Positions 1 through 22,733 are shown, numbered from the stretch's first letter. The stretch is 64,000 nt of DNA from Amoebidium appalachense (GCA_963693365.1 CAVNZM010000011.1:6591921-6655920), one strand, 5' to 3'. Numbers and translations are program-made. Notes: generated from the letters alone by a model not told the origin.

Positions 1-303
1 GCCACATTCCACATAGCAGGTCAAAGACCTGTGTTTTTTTTCTGTTCTGTTCTTTTGCTTGTTTGTTTTTGGGTGTTTTGTTTGTTTGTTTGTCTATTAT
101 GATTTGTTCATTCACTTATTTATTTTTAATTTTTTTTTGGGGGGGGGAGGGGGGAGGAGCTTGTCAACCAGGCCTTCTTCCTTTTTTTTTTTTTTTTGGC
201 ACATCTCATTTCGTCATCGTTGCCCCCCTACCCACTCCTCCCCTCTTTTTCCCCCTCACCATACGCTGGTATGACGTGTGTGTGTGTGTGTGTGTGTGTG
301 TTT

Positions 304-345
<42 letters not shown>

Positions 346-1013
346 GGGGAAGCTCGAGGGGGAGGGGGAGAGGGCAAATGTTCAGGCAGTTTTCGTGCCA
401 GTTGTTAAGTAGTTTTCCTCTTAATCTTGAGATTACATAGCTGGGAAGAGCAGGTGCTACAGAAGAGTGAGAGGATGGGGGGGGGGGGGGGGGGAGGGGG
501 GAGGGTGAGGGGGGGGAGGGGAGGGGGGGGAGGGGAGGGGGGGGGGGGGGGGGGGGGGGGGGGTGGCATGTCTTCCGGTTCGTCCAGATCCATCTTCTAC
601 ATGATCTTGCGGTGACACTGACGCGACCAAAAAAGTACAGATCCAATAGTATGAAAATATAAGAAATAAAAGGAATAGTGGTTGAAAAGCTCCCGCTGGC
701 CACTAATTTCGGACCAGGTCACCGCTTTTCGTTGCTGGAGATTCCTTTCCCCGTCCCCCTCTCGCCCTGCCCTTGAACTCCCCATCAGGCCGCCCCCCCC
801 CCCCCTTTCCCCCCTCCTTCTTCCCCCCGCCCCCACCCCCCTCCCCCCCTTTCCTTCTTCCCTCCCTTATCGATCCCTCCCTCTCTCGCTCCCTCCCCGC
901 CTCCCCCCCACCCCCTCCCCCCTCCCTTCCCTCTCGGCTCCTCCGTCCCTCGAGCTCCCTCCCGGGCCTCCCTGACTGCTGAGCAGGCTGCGAAACAGAG
1001 CATCGGTGATCAT
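1..1013 (-). CDS. Possible 5' exons of an unidentified spliced gene running off the left edge
   Basis: Short ordinary-complexity islands on the minus strand have plausible splice sites: ATG at 1013 (MITDALFRSLLS|gtcagg), tag|CACCTGCTCTTCCCAGCTAT|gtaat near 437-456, and cag|GTCTTTGACCTGCTATGTGGAATGTGG (VFDLLCGMW) near 1-28. The middle exons are unresolved and I recognise no family. Confidence 0.3.
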
Positions 1014-2134
1014 GCCATCGGATAGCCCCGCCCACGATTAGTCTAAAACACAAACTCGTCATTTTAAGTTCTCAATCAACAGAAGAAGACTCAAAAAACG
1101 CGTCAAACAGTCTATTTTTTAGACTATCAATGAGCCCAATCTCAGGCTCAGCCCATATGATCTGGATTCAAAAAACCGTCACATCAAACATTCCATCGTG
1201 ACATGAATTCAATAAAAACCCACTTATAGCGACACACTAACTACGGCGCATTACTTTAAACCAATAGGAGAGTCATATGCTTCGCGCTAATTAGTTTACC
1301 AGGGCTACTATGTAGGCGTGATGGAAACATATATATATGACCGTTTTGGTTTTGTTACGGGCGAGGTCACGCACGCAAACTTTCAAAAACAGTGAAAGCA
1401 GTTGAGAAACACAATTACAGAGTGAAAGTGGTAGAACTAAGTTCATTTGTGCCTTGTAGGGAGGAAAACGAGCTCAGTAGAGCATCTATTAGCTAATGGG
1501 TAGCAACCTCGCTGGATCTTTTTTTGTAGCATTTTTCGCCTTTGTGAGAGCCACATAACGTGTGTTCACTCCCATCGGAAATCGTTCCCTGGTTGACCCA
1601 CACGTGTAAGTGAAGAGCTATCTTGCGGCAATTGTTAATACATATGTATATGTTGGTTGCATAACCTTTTCCTGGCGAAAACGGTAGTCGCGTTTGTGTG
1701 AAAGGAACGGCTGCATTTTGTGGAGCAGCTCCCTAGCCTTGTTGTCATCCCAGACACCACTCCAGGGTGACCTACCGTTTTTTTGCTTGGGCTTTTCCAA
1801 GCAAGGCAGAAGCGCAAAAACAGCCCAAACTATCACCCTCAGAACTATTTTCCATAAATCCGAAAATGGAAACGTAAACATTACTAGCGTTGTCGTCCCC
1901 ATTGCTTTTCGTTGTTAGAAGGACCACCATTACGTGGTGCACAATAGCGAAGTTCCGAAGCTCGAGTTTATGTGTCGTCTATGAAGAAACTTGAAAATGA
2001 TATCATTCTACTATCTCCTATTCCTCCTCTTTGTCGCATACATGGGTTGGCGCGGCCGACTTCACCAAAGCTTGAATCTCAATGTCAACCTAAGCTGCTC
2101 TCCATATGTTCGACTTTCTTGGAGGCGAAGAAAC

Positions 2135-11280
<9,146 letters not shown>

Positions 11281-12259
11281 TATGATTCTATGACTTGAAA
11301 GAATGAAGAAATGCCGAGTACAGTATAGCTGTTATGAAAGAATATGACGTTTTTTTTTTTTTTTGAAACTATTCATGAATTTTTTTTTTTTTTTTTTTTT
11401 TTTGGAGTCGTACTGAAAGAAAGAAGGCCGGTTCGTGATCGATTAAACACCTGTCTGGTTGATGATTCGATTATAATTGTGTATGCCTAGATGAGTGCGG
11501 CATATGACATGTTCTTATCGATCCCCCTTACATATGGTTCTTGGGGAAACTCGTTTTGTTGCCCAATGATATTTCATGATGGGTACTACAACTATCTGTG
11601 AATGTTGATCCTAGACTAATATGGTTGTTGATTCCTTAAGGGGTGTGCTGTGGATACATGCCTATGTGTGCTAAAAACTACCGGATCTGAGAATCTCGCA
11701 CATGTATTGTTTATTGTGGATCAATTCACACACGTATTCGCACACACACACACGCCCTTGCATGGACACACAACTACACCTTGGTGTGTGTGGGATCCCA
11801 CGATCGAAATGCTGTTACTGTTAGTCACAACGGCCGCATGTTTTAACACATGAAGTTGAAGATTTTTGAATGCTTGTACCATCCGGGGAAAAAAGTGCCA
11901 GATAAGAAGGACGCTTATAAGGGTGCGGCATGGTTATTATGTGGTGAGAATGTTAGGAAGCGAGTTCGTGTACATAATATGAGAGGAGGAGAATCTGGCT
12001 TGTGAGTATCCTCAATGAGATAATTTTGTACACAGCTGGGCTGCAGCTGAGAAATATACTGGACTGATATCAGAAAAGTCACACTCTCTTGTGCACGTGT
12101 GCCCGACTGTGTGTAATAAGGGCAGATTTTCAACTGTGACATGAAATGAATGGCTGGTGCACGTGATATTTAGTAGCCATCTTTCATTTCTTAGACTTTC
12201 TCATTCCCTCAATGCTACCATGGATGGACGGGGTCGGCCCAGGAAGCCCTAGCAGGGGC

Positions 12260-12290
<31 letters not shown>

Positions 12291-12450
12291 GTGTGCGTTT
12301 GTGTGTGTGTGTGGGGGGGGGGGGGGGGGGGGGGAGGGGGGGGGGGGGAGGAGCGGGGGGGTTGTTAACCGTGAAATCCCCCAACACAAGCGCGCGCATG
12401 CGTACGCATGCACAAAAAAAAAAAGAATACTCCTTGAATTGAAACTAATG

Positions 12451-12489
<39 letters not shown>

Positions 12490-12985
12490 TGTGTGTGTGT
12501 GTGCATACAGCATGCGTGGGTGGTGGGTGTGTGGGACCCGGTGTGGGTGTGGGTGTACATGTGTGGGTGGGTGAGTGGGTGGGTGGCGGGAGCTCGAGGA
12601 GTACTACTAAGACTGTAATTATTATAAGGTACACATTCACGACACAACACCATACAGAAGTTGTAAAGAGCACACATATGGTGTTTCATAAGTAGAGTCC
12701 ATCCTAAGAGGGCCCAAGCTTGGTCATCCGCAGCACACGAGAGGGCGAGATAGGCACAGCAAAAGAGACTTACTAAGGGAGCGCGAGAGAGCTGGGTGAG
12801 TTTGGGGGGGGGGGGGGGGGAGATAAAGGGAGCGGGAGGAAAGAGCCGGGAAGGCTTACGACGGTGACTCTGAGGGAGCAAGAGGGGGGGGAGGGAAGGA
12901 GGGCCGAGGTTTCTGTAGTATGTTAATCTGTTGTACTAACAGTTACGCATGTATGTACGGTCGGAGAGCCCAAATCCAAAGGGCT

Positions 12986-13360
12986 CTATAAATATGACAC
13001 GGGGTCACTCAGCACCATAAGTCCTGGGGGTTTTTCCAGCGCAAAACTGACAACAGTAGTTATCAGCCAGCCCGGTAACGTGCCAGCCTTGTCCTTCGCA
13101 GTTTCCCTCATCATGCACAGTTGTCGTTCGGTGCACTGTATGTAACATGTACAGGTGCTGTATTTTCCGGTACACTTGCTCTGGCAGTTAACCTTCGTAA
13201 GCGTACGCCCATCGTGACTTGGCACACTCACAATGGTTTCCGAGTTAGCATGTGTCCCTCGAACATAATAATAGCTGGGTATGCTTGCACCAAACTTGGT
13301 AGAATTACAAACCTCAAATATTTCTCTGCTCTATCAGCTCTGTTTCAGAATCCGGCTGTC
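12986..13360 (-). pseudogene. Inverted C-terminal fragment of the BTB-domain gene family
   Basis: EIFEV...YYYVRGT...CQSKCTGKYSTCTCYIQCTERQL...LPGWLITTVVSFALEKPPGLMVL aligns with the C-termini of the genes at 14050 and 18070. No BTB N-terminus is present. Confidence 0.85.
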
Positions 13361-14049
13361 TCAAAATATAGGTGACCTTTCTCTGCAATTTTGTCACTCT
13401 TAACATGTGACTCCGTTTCATGTTGAATCGTATATATACGTATTAAACTTTCAAGTTTTACAAAACCCCTTATGTCAATGTATATCAGATGATAATCAAA
13501 GTAATCGGTGAACTGATAGTGTCAAGTCACATCGATGATCTTTCTTTGACTGCCCACATTCACATTCACAGTGACAGTGTCACGATTCATTGGGACAGTG
13601 ACACTGTGCTATGTAGCAATTCTATTTGGACGGTTTTGGGTACGTACCACATGCCATCAGCCGAGGTACAAAAACGTTCACCTCAACATCATAGTGACAC
13701 TTCTTTGTCCACTCTCTCCTACAAACCTTCGGGACTGGAATTTAATCTGCAGGGCTTTAAATTTCTACTCGTAGACATTCAGTCCCAATGAACTACACTG
13801 CATGCGTGTAAGTTAAACGTCGTCCCTCCTGCTTAGCTGAGGTACGGGACTTTGTTTGTGACTACATACTATGTGACAACTCAATACTGTTATACCAATA
13901 GAAGCGGTTACCGTACCGGCCCGTCTCTTTATCTTGCAATCATTGAACTTTTTATAAAACAGATTTGGCGCATATATACGTTTTTGGCATACAATTACTG
14001 TAGTGACTATTTTGGAGTAAATAAACCAATATTGCCCTTTGAGATAGCA

Positions 14050-14955
14050 ATGGCAACCCTGCGCAGCACCGTTTCTGCATCTCGTGACTTTGTTTCAGCC
14101 ATGTCTGCCCTATTTCCTCCAGGCCAACGTGCTACAGTGACACTTCACTTCATCACCAAAAACTTTGCCCAAACTGCTGATGCAGCCGATGCAGGGTTAC
14201 AGAAAAATGCCACGGGAACCACCACCCCTACCATGGAGGTGTCCAGAGCACTTCTTGCATGCATATCCCCCGTTTTCAACAGCATGTTCGAGTCGCAGTG
14301 TGTCGAAGCCACCACCCTTAACGTTGATGTCGAAAACTTCACACAATTTGACTTTGGCACATTTCTACAATATGCGTGCATGTTGGAAGCTGGCACGTTC
14401 GACCTGCCGATGCGATTTACAGACAAGGAACTTTCTGCGATCATTCCCATTGCACAGTACTACATGAGCGAGAAATTGCTCAAAGCAACAACAGACTATA
14501 TTGCAGAGGAGCCTTCACTGGACCGTGTGTTGATGCTGACTCAAGCAGGTGTGCAATCGCAGTGCCCTACAGACTGGGCTCTTAAGGTTTCGGAATGGAA
14601 TCAAGGAGTTTCATCTTTTTCTGCCTGTGAAAGTAAATTGCTCCGGCAGCTGAGCACAGAAATATTCGGCGTGTTACAGTGTCCCAACCGTTACAAGGGC
14701 GGCTACTATTTTCCAGGGACATATAGATCGGACATACAATTACCAGGCCCATCTTCTACTACTGGTCGCTGCCACGGCAGCTGCGCCGGAAGACACAACA
14801 CCTGTTTTATTCCATGTACCAACGGACAACTCCGTATGAGAAACGACGCCACTCACAAGGCTATCCTGCTACCGGGTTACCTGCTTGCGGCGGTTATAGC
14901 TTTCACGTTAACAAAAACCACGGGTCTCATGGTGTTGAATATGCCCAAAATATAA
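14050..14955 (+). CDS. Intronless BTB/POZ-domain protein with a Cys/His-rich C-terminal module (~301 aa)
   Basis: ATG at 14050 (MATLRSTV). The BTB signature reads VTLHF...VSRALLACISPVFNSMFESQCVEATTLNVDVENFTQFDFGTFLQY...IIPIAQYYMSEKLLKATTDYI. The frame is open to TAA at 14955. Confidence 0.85.
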   Translation: MATLRSTVSASRDFVSAMSALFPPGQRATVTLHFITKNFAQTADAADAGLQKNATGTTTPTMEVSRALLACISPVFNSMFESQCVEATTLNVDVENFTQFDFGTFLQYACMLEAGTFDLPMRFTDKELSAIIPIAQYYMSEKLLKATTDYIAEEPSLDRVLMLTQAGVQSQCPTDWALKVSEWNQGVSSFSACESKLLRQLSTEIFGVLQCPNRYKGGYYFPGTYRSDIQLPGPSSTTGRCHGSCAGRHNTCFIPCTNGQLRMRNDATHKAILLPGYLLAAVIAFTLTKTTGLMVLNMPKI

Positions 14956-16267
14956 ATAGATGTATGCGATGCTCACATATTCTTCCAGGATCTCTTAGAG
15001 ATTCCGACCTTTACCTCATAAAAATATATTGCCATGAAGTCGATCATGCACAATCAACACACACACACACACACATACACACACACACCACACACACACG
15101 ATGGTGGCGCTTTAAATTAAAGTTTTATGTTTTATGTTTAAAAATTTATGTGTTTCTATATTCAGTGTTTACACCCACGAATTAATCTCCTCACTTGCTG
15201 TTCACATCATTTTCCATGTGTCAAGCTTCACGGGCAGCCAGGACGAACCGACAGGAATGGTTTTGCCTACGGCAAATCAACTGCTGCGTATCCCATGAAT
15301 GTTGAATGTTTAGAGCTTTTGTTTATTTTATTTCGATCATATCCCGGACTATGCTACGTTCGAGGCGGCTAGGTTACTACATAGCTACTAGACTGTGCGC
15401 ATTACAAGTACCCACGGTTTAAATTTGGCTATGAACTGTACTTAGCGCACAGAGCCGTTCACGGAGTCTACGATCATCTGAGGGTTTTATTCATAGAGAA
15501 TTGGGCTACAAGCCGTGTGTTTTCATGTGTTTTATTCTTAACACTGTCACAGCTGCTGTTTGGTTACATATTTGCAGTAACTCTTTCAGTTCCTCCCTTT
15601 TTTTTTTTTTTTTTTTTTCCCCCAACGGTTTTGTTTTGTGTGTGTGTGTTGTTGTTTTTTTTTTTTTGCAGTGTCTTGGTTAGGTGGTCTGTAAGGCCTG
15701 TGGCTTTAGCGGCTGTATTATCATGTACATATCATGCACGTGGGGCACATGTCGTGTTTCCGGATTGGTTGGAGGGAGCGGCCAATAAATTGCAATGATC
15801 CCTTCACCTTTGAATATACCTATCGAATCAATTCAGGGTTTGTTGAATACCTTTATTTGACAAGTTACGGTACAAGGTTATTGTTAACATAGCCACTCAA
15901 AGTGCACAGTTAACTCCAGGGCCTAGAAGTTGTAGCACTTTAATAATATTTCCTTTGTGCACAGTGCTTTCTTTTCGGCATGATTGATATTACAGTACAT
16001 GTACCGTGCCGTCGTATGGCATGGCACACGTACAATGGTACCACAGATGTACTTGTACATGCGTAGGAGAATGATATTAGGCAGTCACTGTGCCTCTCAT
16101 CGAGAGGAAGCAAGCTCGTCACAATATTTAATTTCAATCAGATCTCATGATCAGGCTGAAGCAATAATACAATCCCCCTTGTATATTAACATCTTTTTTG
16201 ACTAATGCAGAGATATATATGATATATATAGTATATATATATATATATACTATTATTACAGTAACAG

Positions 16268-16286
<19 letters not shown>

Positions 16287-16305
<19 letters not shown>

Positions 16306-16313
16306 AGGTGGAA

Positions 16314-16392
<79 letters not shown>

Positions 16393-16407
16393 GAGAGAAG
16401 AGAGAAA

Positions 16408-16489
<82 letters not shown>

Positions 16490-16613
16490 GAGCTGAGAGA
16501 AGAGAGACAGAGGGATAGAGAGAGCGAGAGAGACTGAGAGGGAGAGAGGGGGGGGGGGGGAGGGGGGGAGAGGGGGGGGGGGGGGAGAGGGGGAGAGGGG
16601 GGGGGGGGGGAGG

Positions 16614-16682
<69 letters not shown>

Positions 16683-16852
16683 AAGAGAGACTCTAGAGTG
16701 ATGGGGAGACTGAGAGAGAGCGAGAGAGGGAAAGGAGGGAGGGGGGAGGGGGGAAAGGGGGAGAGGGGGGGGGGGGGGAGAGATTAAGAGAGACTCTAGA
16801 GTGAGAGGGAGACAGAGAGAGCGAGAGAGGGAAAGGGGGAGGGGGAGAGAGG

Positions 16853-16933
<81 letters not shown>

Positions 16934-17330
16934 AGGGAGACTTGGGAGCCTTGGAGGGAGGGAGGGAGGAAGGGAGTGAGGGGGGGGGGGGGGGGGGAGG
17001 GGGAGGGGGAGGAGAGGGAGAGGGCCCGGGGGGATGGGAGGGGGATAGGGAGGGGGGAGGGGGAGGGGGATAGGGAGAGAGAGGGAGAGAGGGAGAGAGG
17101 GAGAGAGGGAGAGGGAGGGAGAGAGGGGGAGAGGGGGAGAGGGGGAGAGGGAGGGAGAGAGGGAGGGAGAGGGAGGGAGGGAGGGAGGGAGGGAGGGAGG
17201 GAGGGAGGGAGGGAGGGAGGGGGGGAGGGAGGGAGGGAGGGAGGGAGGGAGGGAGGGAGGGAGGGAGAAAGGGAGGGAGGGAAGGAGAAAGAGAGGAGAG
17301 AGAGAGAGACAGAGTAGCAGACTCTGAGAG
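16287..17330. repeat. ~1-kb (GA)n/(GGGA)n polypurine tract
   Basis: The + strand is nearly pure purine. 'attaagagagactctagagtga' is duplicated inside it at ~16680 and ~16783. Confidence 0.95.
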
Positions 17331-18069
17331 AGCTCGCGCAGCGGAGGGGGGAGGGGTCGGTGGGGGAGGGGGGGGGGGGGGGGGGGGGATTACACTGTAT
17401 ACATGTACATCGGGTATGTATCGTTCATAATGGGTTACTGAGAGTGACGCTAGTACTCAGGGCCAGTGGGGCTGTCATCAAAGCACACCATGAAAAACCT
17501 CAAAGAAGCCTAAAGTTGTCAAATGGCATGATGTACACGAACTGCACACGAATTCGTTTTTGTGAAATTTTCAACGTCTTGTGCAAACGGTTTAGCAACG
17601 TTAGCCACTTTAAAGTCGTTACATGCTGTGTCAAGCACGCGTTCACTGTCACAGTGAGTTGGGCAGTCTGTGCTACGTAGCTACTGATGGGGTGGGGAGG
17701 ACACTTCCGGGTACAAAACCCCCGGGTAGACAGATGAAATTATATAACTGTTCAGTCACCCACGGCATACTACCCTCATGATAGCCAGTGCATGGTACTG
17801 TGCAAGTAGTGAATCCACTGCCGGAGTGACATGCCTACACACATACGTGATTACTAGTTTTGTTTATTTAACTTAATAAAGGCTCATCTTGCCAACGTTG
17901 AAAGCCTTAGTAGACCTCAAAGTCTCGCTTTTTCAGCTAGAATTTGCACAGTCACCGATCTTAGACTACATCTGAGGCTCTGTCTGCTTATATCCGGGCC
18001 TTCTGCTACAGCAAAAACTAGACCAGAGTCATACAAGTTTCTGTGGTTGTTGCGTCAATGGGTGTAGCA

Positions 18070-18994
18070 ATGGCAACCCTCACCCATGCCGTTTCTGGAA
18101 TATCTGGTTCCTTCGTTTCAGCCATGCCCTCTTCCCCGGCCAACGTCCTACAGTGACTCTACACTTCACCACCACCCCCGACGCGCACGTGTCAACAAAA
18201 ACACCAGAAAAACCTTCGAACCATGCAACATCCGCACCGATCATCCCACCCACCATGGAGGTGCCCCAAGCACTTCTTGCACGCATATGCCCCGTTTTCA
18301 ACCGCATGTTCGAGTCGCAGTGTGTCGAAGCAACCACCCTTCACGTCAACGTAGAAACATTCAGACAGGACGAATTCGACGAGTTTCTGCGTGTGGCGTG
18401 TACTTTGGAGGCCGGTACCCTCGAGTTGCCGTTACGATTTACAGACAAAGAACTTTCTGCAATCATTCCCATTCCACAGTACTACATGTGTAAAAAGGTA
18501 CTTGCTGAAATTCGAAACTTCGTCACAAACGAACCTTCTCTAGACCGCGTGTTGATGTTGACCCGGGCTGGTGTTAAGTGCCCTTCAAGTTGGAGCTGTT
18601 ATGACCCAAAATCGGTTTCTAGTGAATCAGTCGAAAAGTACTACAACAGCTGAGCACGGAAATATTCGAGGTTTATTTTGAGCCCCATTATCCCCAAAAG
18701 TATAGGGGTTCAGGCAATTCCAATTATTATGTTGCTACCGGTACACCTAACCTGGACATCACATCTCGAGTGCCAGGTCATGTTAGCAGGGGGTATCCTT
18801 TAAGGACTACTCGATGCGACGCCAAGTGCACCGGAAATCACAAATTTAAATACTGTTTTGCTCGGTGCACCAAAGGACAACTGCGTACCAGACGTGCAGT
18901 GGAACAAAAGGCTGTTCTGTTGCCGAAGGAGCTGTTGTTTGCGGTTTTCAGGTTTGCGTTGGAGACAACACCAGGTCTCATGGTGTTAACTTAA
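18070..18994 (+). pseudogene. Second BTB-family paralogue with two frameshifts
   Basis: ATG at 18070 (MATLTHAV) is collinear with the 14050 gene. The frame breaks at ~18127 (small deletion relative to the paralogue) and at ~18635 (A-run), then continues LQQLSTEIFEV...CDAKCTGNHKFKYCFARCTKGQLR...PGLMVLT. Assembly error cannot be excluded. Confidence 0.75.
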
Positions 18995-19306
18995 CCCGAG
19001 TGATTATAAATCCTGAGCAAGTTTGGGTCTATTACGCATGCAAAGAGAAATACGAAAAATGCTTGGGGTGTTCCGAACATTGGCTTCATAAGATATCACC
19101 GGCCCCCCCCAAAAAAAAAGAAAAAAGAAAAAGAAAGAAAAGGGTAATACGAAAATTGGCGCAATGAGTAGTTTTCATTTGCGATTGATTTTACGTATTT
19201 TTTCCCCCTTTTTTTTCTTTCTTTCTTTCTTTTTTTTTTTTTTTTTTTTTTTTTTTGGGGGGGGGGGGGGGGCTTGTGCTTGTACGTGTGTGTACCGCGG
19301 GTCACG

Positions 19307-19365
<59 letters not shown>

Positions 19366-19487
19366 ATGTATGTGGGTGTGCGCGCCGGCGCGCGGTCGCA
19401 AGTGTGTGTGCGTGCGCAAGCGTGTGCATGCACGTGTACGACTGTGTGCAGGTGTTTTTTTCTTTTTCCTTTTTCTTTTTCTTTCTT

Positions 19488-19534
<47 letters not shown>

Positions 19535-20332
19535 TTTTTTTTTGGGGGGGGGGGGGGTAGCGAGAGCGAAGGCTTAGCCACGCCACTACTCAAAGGACTT
19601 AAAAAAATCAATTGGTTGTATGTTGAATATCAGCATTGCGCTATGTATTAGATTGACAAAACGTAGATTTTCCAGGCCTAAGTATAATATAAGCAACAAG
19701 GCGACATACAGTACAGTTGTGAAGTATGATGTTATGTGCCCCTCCCCCCCCCCCCCCCCCCCCCTTCCCCCCCAACACACTACCTTATTGTGGTGGAAAG
19801 GCAGAGAGAAAGGGGAAGGATGTGGGAGGGGCGGGGAGGGGAGGGGGGAGGGGGGGGGGGGGGGGGGCAGGGGGGTGCAGGGAGGGGGATGATGATGATG
19901 TATGCATTAGAGGGCGGAGAGAGGGCCACTACGAAGAAAAACGGGTTCGCGGGGGGGAGGGGGAGAGGGGGGAGGGGGGAGGGGGGTCACGGATGTATGT
20001 TGGTATATGCATGAAATTGGAAGACACTAACAAACAGGAATTAAAAAACACAAAGTATGGACCAAAATGTGTGTGTGTGTGGGGGGGGGGGGGACAGGGA
20101 ATGAGAATGAGAAGACAAAGAGCACCGGGGAGAAAGGTGGACGGAGAGAGAGCGAGAGCGAGAGAAAGAGAGAGAAAGAGAAGGGGGAGAGGGAGGGAGG
20201 GAGGGAGGGAGGGGGAGAGGGAGGGAGGGGGGTGGGAGGGAGGGAGGGAGGGAGGGAGGGAGAGAGGGGGGGGAAGAGACAGGGAAGAGATAAGCCCCGG
20301 GGGGGGGGGGGGGGAGGGGGGGGCTAGGGGGT

Positions 20333-20365
<33 letters not shown>

Positions 20366-20429
20366 TAAGGGAGACGGAGAGCATTAGAGAGAAGGAAAGG
20401 GGGAAAAGGGTGGGTGGGAGGGAGGGAGG

Positions 20430-20462
<33 letters not shown>

Positions 20463-21380
20463 GAGTGTGCGGGAGGGAGGGAGGGAGGGAGAGAGGAAGA
20501 ATGAGTGAGATTGAGAGAGAGAGAGAGCTGAGAAGCTCGACATTTGGAGGGCGGGAGCCTCAGAGACCGAAAGAACCTAGAGGCGGGAGGGGGATTTAAG
20601 GGGACGAAAGGAGAGAAGGGTAGAGATAGAGACGGGATAGAGGTACACGGCACGAGTAGGCTACCGTGTGCATGGTGGATGTGATATTGCAGATATGTAA
20701 TAGAAGGCATACAAAAAGCAAGCAACGTGTGTCTAGCACACTCTCATGGGTAGGAACGGAGGAGAGGGCGAAACGCCAAAATGCTGTGAACGACCCAAAA
20801 GGGTGTGGTTTCTCAGAGAACCAGTCTCTCCAAAAAAGTTCTTTTATGTAAGTGATACATGTAAAAAACAAACAGGTAAATACAACTTGCCCCCGCTGCA
20901 AAAGCACTAGACTCTAAGCTCGTGTAGAGGCAAACCGATTACAGGGAATTATTGGGATTCACGTGAAAATAAATGCGCTGTTGGGAAGAAACACTCACCC
21001 CCCCCTCCCCCCCTTCCCCCCTTGCAAAGCAGACACTCAAACCCCCCTATCCCCCTCTCCTCTCCTCCCCAAACCTACCAGCCGTGTTCTAGCCCATGCA
21101 CTACTAGCACTCACAAATAACGGCTGCGAACTAAAGGCCGGACAGAAGAGAATGAGGGGAAATTGGAACAATAAAAAACCGGAAAAACAAACCATAAAAC
21201 ATGTTGAACCCCACTGCGTAGGTGGCCCTGCAGAACGCATTTCCCGTGTGGGTCAACCGGCTTGCCTTGCTCAGTGCTCCTCCTGTTAGCTGCCACACGG
21301 GAATTAGCCGGAATTCGAAGTCCGAAAACCCGACAGGACGCATCACCTACAAAGGCTGAACCCACAATCCCGGGGTTTTT

Positions 21381-21566
21381 TCATAGGTTTGCCTGCTTCT
21401 GCTCCTCTTGTTGGTCGAGTGCTTTCAGGGCTTGCTCCCGCAACTCCCTCTGCTTCCTAATGTTTCTGTACATGAGCCCGGCGTCGATGGTGTAGTAGAC
21501 GAAGCCAAAGACGAGGATGGACACGGTCGACCGGTGGAGGAAGTTGTAGATTCTGTTCTTGTCCAT
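21381..21566 (-). CDS. COX14: Cytochrome c oxidase assembly protein COX14-like (61 aa, single TM helix)
   Basis: MDKNRIYNFLHRSTVSILVFGFVYYTIDAGLMYRNIRKQRELREQALKALDQQEEQKQANL. The HRxTVxxLV motif, one hydrophobic helix and a charged tail resemble fungal Cox14 (HRLTVLTLV). Confidence 0.75.
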   Translation of the reverse strand: MDKNRIYNFLHRSTVSILVFGFVYYTIDAGLMYRNIRKQRELREQALKALDQQEEQKQANL

Positions 21567-22006
21567 GTTTGTGGTTGAAGAGAAAACGAAACGGGTTATA
21601 AGGGTTGAATTGTTTCTTGTTGGTTTTGGTTTTTCTCGTTGCTAGAAGCTTTTATGGCTCAAAACCTTAGCAAGTGAAGGTTCAGTCGAACGGTGGTATA
21701 AGATTTGGTCTCAAAAAAGACTAGGTTAGAAAGAAACGGTAGGAAGTTGATAAACCAAAAAACAAGATGTTTTGGGATTGTCTGGCCCTAGTGACCAGCA
21801 AGTACATGAGTTACTCTACCGCCTTATCCACCTTATTGATTCTCTACTGCACAGCCTTAGTAACCTTCGTTCTTTCAGTTGGCTTTGCTTGAGAAATCTT
21901 CCGGACTCAAGCTACAGTCAGTAGTTGCGTACGTGGTGTGTGGCCTCTCAGTCTGAGCCTTTTTGACCATGCGCTCATTTCCTTGCTCTTTAATAGTCTA
22001 AACGCT

Positions 22007-22023
22007 ATGACGTCATCCAATCA
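22007..22023. promoter_or_regulatory. CRE/ATF palindrome (ATGACGTCAT) abutting a CCAAT box, ~440 bp upstream of COX14
   Basis: The sequence reads atgacgtcatccaatca. This is a motif match only. Confidence 0.4.
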
Positions 22024-22463
22024 ACCACAGTTCTCTGATTCTAATCGATTTTTGGGTCTAAATAGTTCGTTGACTGGGTGTTCGTTTTAGACTGGTTGCC
22101 GTGCTGCCGCAGGCACGACCACGAAGGCCGTGCACACGCACGTACGAGTGTGTATGTATGATCGTACTGGAGATGGCGCGCACACGGGCCCACGCGCACA
22201 CACAATACACTATAGGAATGCACACGAAGTGTAGGTGCACTCAATACACACATGCGTACAAAAGAATCAACACAGCTGCATGCCTTGGATTTGCAATCTG
22301 CTCATCAAATATTGATCTCGATCGATATGATGGCCATATACTATCCACACATCCATGTACGTAAATGTTGAATCATCACGTACCGGGCGTGCAAAATCGT
22401 GATGTGCACAGACGTGATGCTATATTAAATACGTTGAACCGTTGCTAGCATCAACATGTACAG

Positions 22464-22497
<34 letters not shown>

Positions 22498-22699
22498 CGT
22501 AATTACCAAAAAAAAAAAAAAAAAGAAAAAAAAACTCCGGCTATGCTAAATGCATGGGCCCGTTCTCGAGCAAAATTATGTAGGAACCACATGATGACAA
22601 AAGTATCTGTATGCATGCATGTGTGCGTGTGACTGCTGTTTGTGTTGGCCCGGGGACCCCGGGAAAAAGGGTGGGTGGGTCATCGAGGGGGGGGGGGGG

Positions 22700-22733
<34 letters not shown>

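Noticed and set aside
1618-1902. Minus-strand ORF ending WDDNKARELLHKMQPFLSHKR, loosely like a LAGLIDADG endonuclease C-terminus
   Set aside because: There is no LAGLIDADG helix upstream in any frame I checked, and the similarity is too short to support a call.
13852-14049. N-terminal extension of the BTB ORF in the ORF track
   Set aside because: It begins at a TTG. Paralogue similarity starts at tagcaATGGCAACCCT, which supports the ATG at 14050.
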